Below are positions 38,831 through 48,914 of a stretch of 53,727 nucleotides of DNA, in pieces. Position 1 is the first letter of the stretch. Every line of letters begins with the position of its first letter. Position numbers and translations under genes: made by a program. Source of the stretch: an uncultured Candidatus Saccharibacteria bacterium. Its GTDB lineage: Bacteria > Patescibacteriota > Minisyncoccia > Minisyncoccales > CSSED10-335. The notes under the pieces were generated by a model. It was not told the DNA's origin. It saw only the letters and a list, made by a program, of their open reading frames with translations, and ran no database searches. Where the stretch lies: assembly GCA_964586065.1 (NCBI GenBank), contig CAZPFW010000002.1:1-53727 (forward strand), read 5' to 3'.

Positions 38831-38863
38831 AACCTCTTTCTTTATAGAAAGAGGTTCTTTTTT
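38831..38863 (+). terminator. Rho-independent terminator between convergent rlpA and rnhA
   Basis: AACCTCTTTCT/AGAAAGAGGTT 11-bp stem followed by a T-run. Confidence 0.8.
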
Positions 38864-39302
38864 AGATCAATTTTTTCTGATTGGCTTGATCAAGAGCTTC
38901 ATTGGCCATCGCATCAGCTTCTTTATTCTTTTCTCGAGGAATTGATTTGAAAGATACTTTAGAAAAACCAACTTTGAGATTCCATATCTCAAAAAAGAGT
39001 TTTTGCATCTTGGGATTGATTATCTTATATTCCCCTTTAAGCTGTTTGACTAAAAGTTCTGAATCGGACCTTATCTCTATTTGAGAATTAGCGGCTAACT
39101 TTTTACCAAAAAGCGAGATAAACTTCTTTAAGGCAAATATGACTGCTTGATATTCCGCTTCGTTATTCGTCACCTTATCCCCTATGTATTGACCGTACCT
39201 TTTAACGACCTCCCCTTTCTCGTTGCAAAATATCACTCCGATCCCCCCGGGACCCGGATTACCTCTCGAAGCGCCATCCGTATAGATTATCACTTTTTTC
39301 AT
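38862..39302 (-). CDS. rnhA: Ribonuclease HI family
   Basis: DGASRGNPG, NNEAEY, SDSELL, NKEAD. Confidence 0.9.
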   Translation of the reverse strand: MKKVIIYTDGASRGNPGPGGIGVIFCNEKGEVVKRYGQYIGDKVTNNEAEYQAVIFALKKFISLFGKKLAANSQIEIRSDSELLVKQLKGEYKIINPKMQKLFFEIWNLKVGFSKVSFKSIPREKNKEADAMANEALDQANQKKLI

Positions 39303-40444
39303 TTCTTAAAATAATCTTTTAATCTTTGTTCAAATTCTATTAAGTTTTCATTCAAGATCTTAAAACCGGCTGCTGGAGGATGACCGCCATATTCGATCAA
39401 TATATCGGAGCTTTGACTCATCAAATCAACCGCATTGAATCCTTGAGGCATTCTGACCGCTCCGCGACTTGTTTTGTCTCCTTTCCTGTAAAGAAAGACC
39501 GGCAATTTCATTTCAGCTACAATCTTTGATCCAGCTGATCCCAAAAAAGGAACTTTCCAATTCTTATTTCCTTTAAACACGAGAACATCGTTGTCGCTCA
39601 CCGTTTGCCTGACTTCCTCGACCATATTGGAGACTTCTGCTTGCTTCAATTCATTTTTTTTATTAAGAGATTTTATCGTCTCTTCCATCTCTTTTTGATC
39701 ATCGGATGTTAATACGTTATAAGCTTCGGTCTTATGATCTATGACACCGCTTGCTCCAAATACGGAAACAATTTTTTGAGCAATTTCTCTTATCGACATC
39801 TCGTCATTGACTATCCCTTGAGACCAGAAAGTTCTGAGTCCAGCTCTTTCGGTCTTCTCTAAATTTTTAAGTCCTTCTTCGATGATATCTTTGTTATCAT
39901 CTTCTTGCTTCATCATATCGGCTATGGTTGACAAAGCTGCGATCTCGGAGAGACCGTCTCTTATCTCGGAGAAGAGATCTCCGGTCATCTCTTCGGCCAA
40001 ATAGAAGATAAGTCCCGCATTGGCAAAATCTTTGAACGGATAATTGTCACCCTCTTGCTTCGGATCGACTATAATTGAAGCTTCAGGCAATCTGCTATGC
40101 GGTTGATGGTGATCAATTATTATCAACTCTATACCCAATCGTTTCGCGGTTAACGCTTCATCGAAATTGGCTATTCCGCAATCCATTACGATAAGTAATA
40201 TTTTGTCACCCATTTGAGATATGAATTCGAGAGCTTCATCGTTTAAGCCATAACCCTCCTCCGATCTGTCAGGAAAATATACGAAAGATACTTCTCCTTT
40301 AAGATATTCAATCGTCTCTTTTAATATGACAGCTGATCCGGTTCCGTCCATATCAGCATCGCTGTAGAGAATTATCTTCTCTTTCTTGTCCATCGCTTCT
40401 TTAATTCTTTGAGCGACTTTTTCTATATTTTTAATCTTTTCCAT
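39299..40444 (-). CDS. RecJ-like DHH/DHHA1 exonuclease (short form)
   Basis: SDADMDG, DCG, IDHH, GGHPPAAG. Confidence 0.82.
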   Translation of the reverse strand: MEKIKNIEKVAQRIKEAMDKKEKIILYSDADMDGTGSAVILKETIEYLKGEVSFVYFPDRSEEGYGLNDEALEFISQMGDKILLIVMDCGIANFDEALTAKRLGIELIIIDHHQPHSRLPEASIIVDPKQEGDNYPFKDFANAGLIFYLAEEMTGDLFSEIRDGLSEIAALSTIADMMKQEDDNKDIIEEGLKNLEKTERAGLRTFWSQGIVNDEMSIREIAQKIVSVFGASGVIDHKTEAYNVLTSDDQKEMEETIKSLNKKNELKQAEVSNMVEEVRQTVSDNDVLVFKGNKNWKVPFLGSAGSKIVAEMKLPVFLYRKGDKTSRGAVRMPQGFNAVDLMSQSSDILIEYGGHPPAAGFKILNENLIEFEQRLKDYFKK

Positions 40445-41582
40445 AGTACCCCAAAGCTCTTAACCCCGGTAACTCTGTTCCGGCCATAAACTCCAACATG
40501 GCGCCGCCTCCGGTAGATATGTGATCTATAGAGTCTTTGACATTAAACTTATTAATCGCTATTCCGGTATCTCCTCCGCCGACCACCTTAAACGCTCTGT
40601 GATTCAAAGCCATCGCTTTAGCTATCTCTCGCGTGCCTCTTTCATAGCGTTTATCCTCAAAAAGACCCAAGGGTCCGGCCCAGATCATCATCTTAGCCTC
40701 ACTGATTATCTTAGTAAAGATCTTTATCGTCTCAGGTCCTATATCGTATATCCCTTCGTCGCTTTTAAGATCGGCCGGCGAATCGATTCTGACACAATTG
40801 TCGCAACTGTAAGGAGAGACGACCAGATCAACCGGAAGATGAATCTTGGGTGAAGTTATCTCAACATCTTTGATTTCATTGACAGTCTCTTCGTTCGGCC
40901 AAGGTCTGTTATGACAAATCCCTTTGACCACCAGTATCTCATTAGCAACTTTTCCTCCTAAAAGAAGATGATCCGAGTTCTTCAAAAATGATTTGACAAC
41001 TCTGATCTTTGAGGCAACTTTAGCTCCTCCGATAATTGTTACCATCGGATGCCAAGGGTTATCCTTTACTTTTGAGAGAACGGCAACTTCTCGAGCCAAT
41101 CTGAATCCGGCGCAAGAAGGTAAAATTGAAGGCAGTGCCACTATTGATGCGTGCTTTCTGTGAGATACTGAAAAAGCCTCATTGATATAAAAATCGGCTA
41201 AAAGAGCCAATTCGCCCGCAAAAAAATTACTGTTAACCGTCTCTCCTTCAAAAAGTCTCAGATTCTCAAGAAGAAGAATGTCTCCGTAATCGGATCTTCT
41301 GATCGCTTTCTCCATCAAATCCCCTAACTCTTTGATAAATATAATCTTCTTGGAGAAAGTCTTTTCTAAGAAGGGGACAATCTCTTTCAAACTCTTCTTT
41401 TCTCCCGCATGACTAATAATCACCGCTCTTCCACCGTCATTGATTACTTTCTCTATAGTCGGAACAGATTCTCTTATTCTTAGATCATCTAAAGGCTTTC
41501 CTTCATGATCGATTGAAACATTAAAGTCACACCTTATTAAAATCGTCTTCTTGTTAAAATTAAAATCAGCGGGTGTCTTCAT
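40431..41582 (-). CDS. pgk: Phosphoglycerate kinase (probable start ATG 41582)
   Basis: RCDFNV, LLENLR, GGAKV, STGGGAMLEF. Confidence 0.9.
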   Translation of the reverse strand: MKTPADFNFNKKTILIRCDFNVSIDHEGKPLDDLRIRESVPTIEKVINDGGRAVIISHAGEKKSLKEIVPFLEKTFSKKIIFIKELGDLMEKAIRRSDYGDILLLENLRLFEGETVNSNFFAGELALLADFYINEAFSVSHRKHASIVALPSILPSCAGFRLAREVAVLSKVKDNPWHPMVTIIGGAKVASKIRVVKSFLKNSDHLLLGGKVANEILVVKGICHNRPWPNEETVNEIKDVEITSPKIHLPVDLVVSPYSCDNCVRIDSPADLKSDEGIYDIGPETIKIFTKIISEAKMMIWAGPLGLFEDKRYERGTREIAKAMALNHRAFKVVGGGDTGIAINKFNVKDSIDHISTGGGAMLEFMAGTELPGLRALGYYGKD

Positions 41583-43152
41583 CTTTTTTTCTTTTACCAA
41601 GCGAACTCTTGAGAGCACTTCTTAACTTATCGATTTCTATCTCTTTCTTTTCCTTCTTTTTATCGGGCTTGCTTTTTTTCAATGAAGAGAAAAGGATCGG
41701 CTTTTTCAGCACTTCTTTCTCTAATGAAATCTCTGGAGTCTTTTTAGTCTTCTTTCTGCAACTCTTACAAAGAACCGGTCTCCCCGGTTGAGGTTCAAAA
41801 ACAACTTTGGTTTTCCTGCCGCAATTGGAGCAAATCGCATCATAGAGAGGTTGAGCCGGTAAAGAAGTCAGAGGAACCGACTCGGGTCCAAACCATCTTC
41901 TTATCTTGTCCTCAATGATTTCTCTTGGCATTCCATATCTCTCCCTTGACACTTTCATTATCTTGTCTTTGGGACTCTCTTCTTCCAGTCGAGGTGGAAC
42001 CAATGTTTCAGCTGAAAACGGATTACTAGTAAGACCATCTATCATTAATTTTACGTAAATATTATACTTTGGAAGGTTCACCAGATCTGTTGCAGAGAAT
42101 TCGGGACTGAACTCTTTTTCTAAGAACTCCGCGTCTTCGGGTCCGACTCTGAAAGATATCAATGTTCCGATATTGCCAAAAACAGCGTCTCTTACAGGCT
42201 CTTCCATTTGGGCGATATACTGATGTCCCAATGTAAGAGAGAGTCTATACTTTCTGGCCTCGGATAGAATTGTGACAAATGAACTGGTGGCAAAATTTTG
42301 AAATTCGTCGACATAGAGAAAGAAATCTTTCCTCTCCTCTTCGGGAACATCGACTCTCGACATTGCGGCCAATTGAAGCTTGGTGATAACTAATGATCCC
42401 AATAATTTTGAATTATCTTCACCAATTCTTCCTTTTGATATATTAACAATGAATATCTTCTTCTCATCCATTATCTTTCTGATATCTATGGTTGATTTTG
42501 TTTGACCGACGATATTTCTTATCAACGGATTGGATATGAATTGTCCGATCTTGTTCTGAATTGCACCAGTTGCCTCCGATTCATACTGTTGACTGTACTT
42601 GGCATATTCTTGAGTCCAATAATTCTTAACGATCGGATCGGTAACATTATCCACAACTTTCTTTCTGAAACCCGGATCGGCAAACATTCTGTTTATTCCT
42701 AAAAGGGTCGAATCGGGATACTCAAGAAGAGCCAATATCGCATTGTTTAAAATATATTCCATTCGAGCCGACCAGACATCGGGCCATATCTTCTTAAAGA
42801 CTCCCATCAATCCTGAAGATATCAGATGACGGTGAGACGGATCAACGTTCTCCATAACGTTAAAAGCTATCGGATGAGACAGATCGGCCGGATTGAAATA
42901 GACTACATCGTTTATCCTGTTTGACGGAACAAAATCAATCAACTTTTCAGCCGCTTCGCCGTGCGGATCGATAAAACCGATACCGTTGCCGTTTTGAAGA
43001 TCTTGAATCGCCATATTCTCCATAAGAGAGGTCTTTCCGACACCGGTTTTTCCGATAATATAAAAATGACGTCTTCGATCGTCAAGCTTTATCCCAAACT
43101 TTTTTCTCTTGTTTCGGAAAGTGGTTTTACCAAAAAAAATTATATTCTTCAT
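41566..43152 (-). CDS. TraG/TraD/VirB4-like (HerA clade) P-loop ATPase with a C-terminal CxxC-x17-CxxC zinc ribbon
   Basis: GKTGVGKT, LYVDEFQNF, SEARKY; CSNC...CKSC. Confidence 0.85.
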   Translation of the reverse strand: MKNIIFFGKTTFRNKRKKFGIKLDDRRRHFYIIGKTGVGKTSLMENMAIQDLQNGNGIGFIDPHGEAAEKLIDFVPSNRINDVVYFNPADLSHPIAFNVMENVDPSHRHLISSGLMGVFKKIWPDVWSARMEYILNNAILALLEYPDSTLLGINRMFADPGFRKKVVDNVTDPIVKNYWTQEYAKYSQQYESEATGAIQNKIGQFISNPLIRNIVGQTKSTIDIRKIMDEKKIFIVNISKGRIGEDNSKLLGSLVITKLQLAAMSRVDVPEEERKDFFLYVDEFQNFATSSFVTILSEARKYRLSLTLGHQYIAQMEEPVRDAVFGNIGTLISFRVGPEDAEFLEKEFSPEFSATDLVNLPKYNIYVKLMIDGLTSNPFSAETLVPPRLEEESPKDKIMKVSRERYGMPREIIEDKIRRWFGPESVPLTSLPAQPLYDAICSNCGRKTKVVFEPQPGRPVLCKSCRKKTKKTPEISLEKEVLKKPILFSSLKKSKPDKKKEKKEIEIDKLRSALKSSLGKRKKDEDTR

Positions 43153-43158
43153 ATCAAA

Positions 43159-44481
43159 TTACTCTTCTATCGGTAACTCAAGAGGAGCTTCTCCTTTCTT
43201 CGCCTCGACTCTCGGAACTTGAGATGCCGGAGTGAGAGTTCTTGAAGGAAAGTGCCAAATAGTGGCCAATTCTTCAGTGTTTAATACAAACGAACCTCCC
43301 GAAAGCGGATAATCATAAGGGAGTCGTTCCACATATCTTCTAAATATTTTTCTCTTCTTCAGATAAAGTCTCCTCTCGGGAAACCAGAAAGGGTCATACC
43401 ATTTCTTTCTCACCTTGGGTATCGTCTTTCCATTGGGCACCGGAGCGCAAGTATTGGTCCCAAAGTTGGTAAAATAGCTCATCGGAAGTCTGAGATTCGG
43501 TTTAACCATTACGTCTTTTTTGGACAGATAGATATACCTGATACCCACTTCAAATCCGAGCTTGCTTATCTTACGCTCTATTCCAGCAACGACGTCTCTC
43601 TCTCCTGGTGTGAGCTTCATCTCAGGAGGTATGACTTCAGTCTTTTTCTCTTCTCCGGCCGACAAAGTTCCTCCTTTTAAAACAGTGATAACATCTTCCA
43701 ATATCGTTGTCGCCGGTGACGGCTTCTTTCTGTTCACTAAAGCGTTTATCTCGTCCTTTCCTTGCTTAATCCATGGAATCTCTCCGCCGATTGCGGTAGC
43801 TCTGATCTGAACCCAGATTTGCTCTCCTTTTTTCAAACTGCCCATTCCTTCAAGAAGGGAAGCCATCGGATCGACTCGCTTCTCTTCTTTAGCCTCTCTC
43901 TCGGTCTCAAAATCTCTATAAGTCTTGATCGGATAACAATTTTTGTTTGTTAACTTGTAATCGGTTCCCCACAGATCCCACTCTTTATTGGGAATATCTT
44001 GAGGGACTTTTTTGGCGTAATCATCAACTTCAAATATTTCGGCTTCGGGAAACTGCGAGTATAGGTGAGTCTCCACCAATCCTCTAGCTGATTTGTGGCA
44101 TCTGATATAGAAATGTGGCACTCCATCTATCGATACAATGTCAAAAGAGTAAGAGAGTAAGTCTTGTCCATCCCACCACTTTTCTATCCAATTCGGTTCG
44201 GACCAGATCTGCCATAGACCGGTAATGACCGGCTCCATGGCTCTTATCGGTTTTGGATTCTCCCGAGGAATCCTTATCTCTAAAATGATCTGCTTCTGTT
44301 TGCTCCACCAGAGTTCATTGCGCCACCAGAGCCAAAAGAATGTGGCCGGCTTCCAGAGAATAAAAGGAAGAATCACCCACCACCAATTAATGAAGATCTT
44401 TTTAACGATCTCAAAATATGGCATCGCAATTGCCAGATACTCAGGTGCGACGCTCATCAAGTTTTGCCAAATCGATTGCAT
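43159..44481 (-). CDS. Conserved membrane-anchored protein of unknown function that partners the ATPase
   Basis: N-terminal TM; 6-nt gap to the ATPase; resembles CPR hypothetical proteins (recalled, not searched). Confidence 0.6.
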   Translation of the reverse strand: MQSIWQNLMSVAPEYLAIAMPYFEIVKKIFINWWWVILPFILWKPATFFWLWWRNELWWSKQKQIILEIRIPRENPKPIRAMEPVITGLWQIWSEPNWIEKWWDGQDLLSYSFDIVSIDGVPHFYIRCHKSARGLVETHLYSQFPEAEIFEVDDYAKKVPQDIPNKEWDLWGTDYKLTNKNCYPIKTYRDFETEREAKEEKRVDPMASLLEGMGSLKKGEQIWVQIRATAIGGEIPWIKQGKDEINALVNRKKPSPATTILEDVITVLKGGTLSAGEEKKTEVIPPEMKLTPGERDVVAGIERKISKLGFEVGIRYIYLSKKDVMVKPNLRLPMSYFTNFGTNTCAPVPNGKTIPKVRKKWYDPFWFPERRLYLKKRKIFRRYVERLPYDYPLSGGSFVLNTEELATIWHFPSRTLTPASQVPRVEAKKGEAPLELPIEE

Positions 44482-44489
44482 TAAGAGCT

Positions 44490-45470
44490 TTAGTTAGTTA
44501 CATAACCTCCACCGGGCTCTCGTCTGAAATATTCTTTATTACTCAAATTTTGAATAACCGTATTCTCTTTAACGACTCTCCTTTTAAGAACCTCTTCCAC
44601 TATCTCACGCCTGTTCATTGGGCGTCCAGCTTTTTCAAGAATCCTTTTTATAACGTCTTTCACTTCCCCCGGTTCATAACCCCACTCCCCGAGAGCATAA
44701 ACACCTCTGCCAACCAAAACAAATCTTTTGTCTTTAATCAGTTCATTATGAACGGTTTGAGGAAGAACCGACTCGCCTATCTTTTTTGCAATTTCTCTAA
44801 AGTGAAGTGGCTTGGCACTCTTTTTTAATGTTAAGTAAGCTTTGTCTTTAATCCCCTTTGGATTTATTTCGGGCCAATCTTTCAATCCAAACATCCCGCT
44901 ATCAGTTAGATGAATATCTTTTGATATCTCAAGATAAGAATTAATCTTTGAAGGAGACTTCGAGTCTAACATACTCAAACAATCATCAATTTTCAAAGGT
45001 TTCTTCTCTCTTTGTAAAATATCTTTTATATAAACAACCGCTGACTTAACATCTTCAAACTTTCTGTCGTTTAATCTCCAAAAAGAGTGAAAATCTTTGT
45101 TTTCTGAAAATCGACTGAAATTATCGTTGACCGAGAGAAGAAAAAAGATGTGATTTCTCATATCAATGTCTCCCAAAGATTTAATATACAGGTCTTCTTT
45201 TTTTAATCCTCCAAAATCAGATATCTTATCTCTTAATTCGGAGAAAACGCTGTTATACTTTTTGGATCTGTTTTCAATCTTGGAAAGTCCGTCACTCTCT
45301 ATCTGACGCACCCTCTCTCTTGTGATTCCATAATCAACCCCAATAGACTCAAGAGATTCTTTTGATTTATAAGAATTTTTATTTAGCCCAAATCGACGCG
45401 ATATTATATCTCCGGTTCTATCGGGGAGATCTTTAATAAGATCTGATGAAATTTGACGATAATCAAACAT
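44490..45470 (-). CDS. Sigma70 region-4 HTH + winged-helix (HARE-HTH/RNAP delta-like) protein
   Basis: RRFGL..ESLESIGVDYGITRERVRQIE; TVHNELIKDKRFVLVGRGVYAL. Confidence 0.75.
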   Translation of the reverse strand: MFDYRQISSDLIKDLPDRTGDIISRRFGLNKNSYKSKESLESIGVDYGITRERVRQIESDGLSKIENRSKKYNSVFSELRDKISDFGGLKKEDLYIKSLGDIDMRNHIFFLLSVNDNFSRFSENKDFHSFWRLNDRKFEDVKSAVVYIKDILQREKKPLKIDDCLSMLDSKSPSKINSYLEISKDIHLTDSGMFGLKDWPEINPKGIKDKAYLTLKKSAKPLHFREIAKKIGESVLPQTVHNELIKDKRFVLVGRGVYALGEWGYEPGEVKDVIKRILEKAGRPMNRREIVEEVLKRRVVKENTVIQNLSNKEYFRREPGGGYVTN

Positions 45471-45473
45471 AAG

Positions 45474-46379
45474 CTATCTTTGTGTTCTAAATTTTAAATT
45501 GGACCAAGAAACTAACAAAGTTCCGGCCAAAAAAATTGATGAATAAGTTCCTAAAATAACTCCTGATATCATGGCAAAAATAAACCATCTTAAAGTTTCT
45601 CCTCCGAAGAAAAATATCGAAAAGAGTACTATCAGAGTTGTTAGAGATGTACTGATCGATCTGCCAAGAGTCTCATTAATGCTTTTGTTGACCACTTCAT
45701 CAAATCGTAATTTTGGGTTTTTAGGACCGACCTCTCTAATACGGTCAAAGACCACCACGGTATCATTTATTGTGTATCCAAGCACTGTTAAAAGAGCCAC
45801 TGCTATCGGTATCGTCATCTGAACGTTATAATACTTTCCCAAAACAACAAAGATTCCCAAAACAATCAAGACATCGTGCAAAAATCCCAATCCCGCCGCT
45901 ATCACTCCATATTGCCATGATTTAACGTTAGCTCCACCGGTTCCGCTGAAAGTAATCGTGATATAAAGAGCAATCGCCAGAGAAGACAATACTATACTCA
46001 AAAGCGCTTTTTGACCCAACTCCTTACCAATAGTAGGTCCGATAGACTCAAATCGATTCTCGGTTGCTCCAACAAGAGCCGACTTGACTTCTTCATACTC
46101 TTTTTGTCCCAAATCGGACATTCTGATAACAAAACCGTTATCATCAATCGGTTGAATCACGACTTCTCCAATGTCAAGATTCGAGAGAGTCGCTCTCAAA
46201 TCTTCGATTTGAGGTCTCTCGTTTTGATACTCAATCTCCATAATACTCCCTCCGGTGAATTCAATGCCCGGATTAACTCCTATCGTCACAATAGCAAATA
46301 TGCTTGCTATAATAAGCAATCCCGAAATCGCATAACATAATTTTCTGTATTTAAAAAAAATAATCATATTCAAATCCAA
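45474..46379 (-). CDS. secF: Protein translocase subunit SecF
   Basis: GIEFTGG, GYTINDTVVVFDRIRE, GTYSSIF. Confidence 0.95.
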   Translation of the reverse strand: MDLNMIIFFKYRKLCYAISGLLIIASIFAIVTIGVNPGIEFTGGSIMEIEYQNERPQIEDLRATLSNLDIGEVVIQPIDDNGFVIRMSDLGQKEYEEVKSALVGATENRFESIGPTIGKELGQKALLSIVLSSLAIALYITITFSGTGGANVKSWQYGVIAAGLGFLHDVLIVLGIFVVLGKYYNVQMTIPIAVALLTVLGYTINDTVVVFDRIREVGPKNPKLRFDEVVNKSINETLGRSISTSLTTLIVLFSIFFFGGETLRWFIFAMISGVILGTYSSIFLAGTLLVSWSNLKFRTQR

Positions 46380-48043
46380 AATGACTTTTTCTTCTCAAAC
46401 CAAGTTCCCACGAATGACCTTAAGAAACTTCTGGTGACTACCATGGTGGAGAAAAGGCTGACTAAAAGTCCGATGATCAGCGTAAGGGCAAATCCTTTGA
46501 CAAAACTGGTTCCAATGAAAAAGAGTATCAGAGCGACGATCAACGTTGTGAGATTGCCATCTCTTACCGAAGGCCAAGAACGTTCAAAACCATTGTTTAT
46601 ACTGTCTTTTAGATCACGACCATCTCTTAATTCTTCTCTCATTCTTGAAAATGTTAAGACATTGGCATCAATTGCCATTCCGATTGAGAGTATAAATCCC
46701 GCTATTCCAGACAGAGTAAGCACCACTGGTATAAGCTTAAAGATTGAAAGAACCACTATCGCATAAAATGTGAGACTTAATGATGCAAGAAATCCCGGAA
46801 ATCTATAAACTATTGTCATAAAAAGAGCGATTATCAGAAAACCGACCATTCCGGCCATCAAAGATTGATTTAACGAATCAGTTCCCAAGGCCGCTCCAAC
46901 ATTTTGATGAGAAACCACTTCAATCGGAACCGGAAGAGCTCCGCTTCTCAATCGACTGACGATGCTTCTGACACTTGATTGATCAAGATCTCCTGTTATA
47001 ACAGCTTTACCTCCCGATATCTTCTCCTTGATGATCGGAGCATAGAGATCGTATTCGGTAATTATACCGTCACCATCCGTATCTATGATTGATTTTCCGT
47101 CCAAAAAAATTGCCAACGGTTTATTGATGTTTCTTTGCGTCACCTGCTCAAATATGTCGGCTCCCTCGAGCGTGAATTGAAGCTCGATTATCATGGCTCC
47201 GGTGTTTTGATTGAATGTATGTCTTGCAGTCTTGAGATGACTCCCACCGAGTTCAGTACTTTTCCATTGCGAAAAAATCGGTAATTCTCTGGAAATCAAT
47301 ATGTGACTTGCTTCAATCTCTTGATTCTCATCTTCATCGGAATTTTTCAAAATTATGTGATAACCGAAGTCAGTTTCGACAATCCCACTCAATTCGCCCT
47401 GCGAGAGTCCGAAAACAGCATCTTCAAACTCTTCAACCATCGCTCCTCTGCCAAATCTGCCAAGATATCCTCCGTCTATCGCACTAAAAGTATCATCGGA
47501 ATATCCTTTGGCTGTCTCAGCAAAATCAGCTCCCCCTTCAATCATCTCAAGAATTTCTTTCGCTTTCAGGTAAGCTTTCTCATCGATTTCATCTATCTCT
47601 TTTTCAAACTCCGAGTCACTTTTTAACTCTTTGAACTCTAAAAATGGTGTTTCTCCTATCATCTCCATCGCTTCTATCGGATCAACCACCCCAGCCAATT
47701 CAACGATCAATCTGTCGCCCTGAACTTGAACTAATGGCTCTGCGACTCCGAACTGATTAACCCGTTGCTCAATCAGATTTCTCAAACTGTCCATTCTGTC
47801 GGATTCCTCACTTTCAGTCGTTTCTGAAAGGTCCGCTTGATAGAGGATTTGAGTTCCACCCTTAAGATCGAGTCCCAACTTAAAAGATTTTTCGGATGCT
47901 TGAGGTAATCCGATGTTTGTCTTCTCCTTTATCCAACCGACTGCTCTGTTATATGGTGCAGGCACCACGAATGCGGTTAAGATAAGAGCGATGAAAATAA
48001 TCAAAAGAGAGACTGTTCTATAATGTTTTCCATTCATTTTCAT
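46370..48043 (-). CDS. secD: Protein translocase subunit SecD with an inserted parvulin-type PPIase domain
   Basis: LGLDLKGG, GMAIDANVL, ERSWPSVRDGN; insert GGYLG..GYHII..ASHIL. Confidence 0.93.
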   Translation of the reverse strand: MKMNGKHYRTVSLLIIFIALILTAFVVPAPYNRAVGWIKEKTNIGLPQASEKSFKLGLDLKGGTQILYQADLSETTESEESDRMDSLRNLIEQRVNQFGVAEPLVQVQGDRLIVELAGVVDPIEAMEMIGETPFLEFKELKSDSEFEKEIDEIDEKAYLKAKEILEMIEGGADFAETAKGYSDDTFSAIDGGYLGRFGRGAMVEEFEDAVFGLSQGELSGIVETDFGYHIILKNSDEDENQEIEASHILISRELPIFSQWKSTELGGSHLKTARHTFNQNTGAMIIELQFTLEGADIFEQVTQRNINKPLAIFLDGKSIIDTDGDGIITEYDLYAPIIKEKISGGKAVITGDLDQSSVRSIVSRLRSGALPVPIEVVSHQNVGAALGTDSLNQSLMAGMVGFLIIALFMTIVYRFPGFLASLSLTFYAIVVLSIFKLIPVVLTLSGIAGFILSIGMAIDANVLTFSRMREELRDGRDLKDSINNGFERSWPSVRDGNLTTLIVALILFFIGTSFVKGFALTLIIGLLVSLFSTMVVTRSFLRSFVGTWFEKKKSFWI

Positions 48044-48094
48044 ACATTCTATAAGAAAACTAAGGTTTTGTCAAACAATGATTTAAATCATCGG

Positions 48095-48574
48095 TTATTG
48101 AACTTTCAACCCGTTTCTTTTGTTCTCAACCATCATAATCTCATCAAATATGGCGTCGAGAAGCTGATATTCTTTGGCTTCTTTCAAGTTGACCCAAGCA
48201 AATCGATCACTCTCTTCTTCTTCCAATTCAACTTCTCCCGAAAGATAATCCGCCATGCAAGAGATCACTAATGACGGGTTGCCGTCCAAATGAACGGTGG
48301 CCAAACTTGTCACATACTCAATATTATCTATCTCTATTCCGACTTCTTCTTTAACCTCTCTCTTTAGGGTTTTTTCCAACACATTATACCAGTAAAACTC
48401 CGTATCTTTGGGTAATTTAAGATAATCGGAAGTCTCCACTTTACCTCCAGGAACGGTCCACATTCCGGGAAAACGCTTCTTATTCGGCGATCGCCGCGTT
48501 ATCAAATACTTTCGATCTTTTATTATTATGGCGGTTACCGCCACTTCATGAAGATATTGTTGATTGAAATTCAT
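48095..48574 (-). CDS. NUDIX hydrolase
   Basis: PGGKVE...REVKEEVG (Nudix box with an insertion). Confidence 0.85.
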   Translation of the reverse strand: MNFNQQYLHEVAVTAIIIKDRKYLITRRSPNKKRFPGMWTVPGGKVETSDYLKLPKDTEFYWYNVLEKTLKREVKEEVGIEIDNIEYVTSLATVHLDGNPSLVISCMADYLSGEVELEEEESDRFAWVNLKEAKEYQLLDAIFDEIMMVENKRNGLKVQ

Positions 48575-48912
48575 CGGATGATTCTGTTATCACAATTATC
48601 TTTGCCGATCCTTTCAAATGTCAGATAATCCCATTGATCGATTCCGTATTCTTCACCCTTCTTTAGAGAAATCATCATCTCTTTATCAAAGTAACTCCGT
48701 GTCGGGATGTCTTCAAGCTTAGTATATCTTCTTACGCTTGTAATCTTAATCAAATCACCCCATGGAGTTGCATAAACTTCACCGACCTTGTATCTACCCA
48801 ACTCTTGGCAACATCTTATACTCGAACATATGCCCCTCTCTTTGAGAGATTTGGCGATCTCTTTCCATTCTCGTTCAGGAAATGTTATCAAATGATAAAT
48901 ATCATTTCCCAT
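48571..48912 (-). CDS. Hypothetical protein, possibly ASCH/PUA-like
   Basis: SIR...YKVGEVY...IKITSVRRYTKLEDI pattern; coupled to its neighbours. Confidence 0.5.
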   Translation of the reverse strand: MGNDIYHLITFPEREWKEIAKSLKERGICSSIRCCQELGRYKVGEVYATPWGDLIKITSVRRYTKLEDIPTRSYFDKEMMISLKKGEEYGIDQWDYLTFERIGKDNCDNRIIR

Positions 48913-48914
48913 AA

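Noticed and set aside
40431-41582. Inactive PGK (SHAG instead of SHLGR)
   Set aside because: The other substrate and nucleotide motifs are intact; a single substitution is insufficient evidence.
41566-43152. Conjugative element/ICE
   Set aside because: No relaxase, T4SS structural genes, integrase or att repeats; the gene overlaps pgk.
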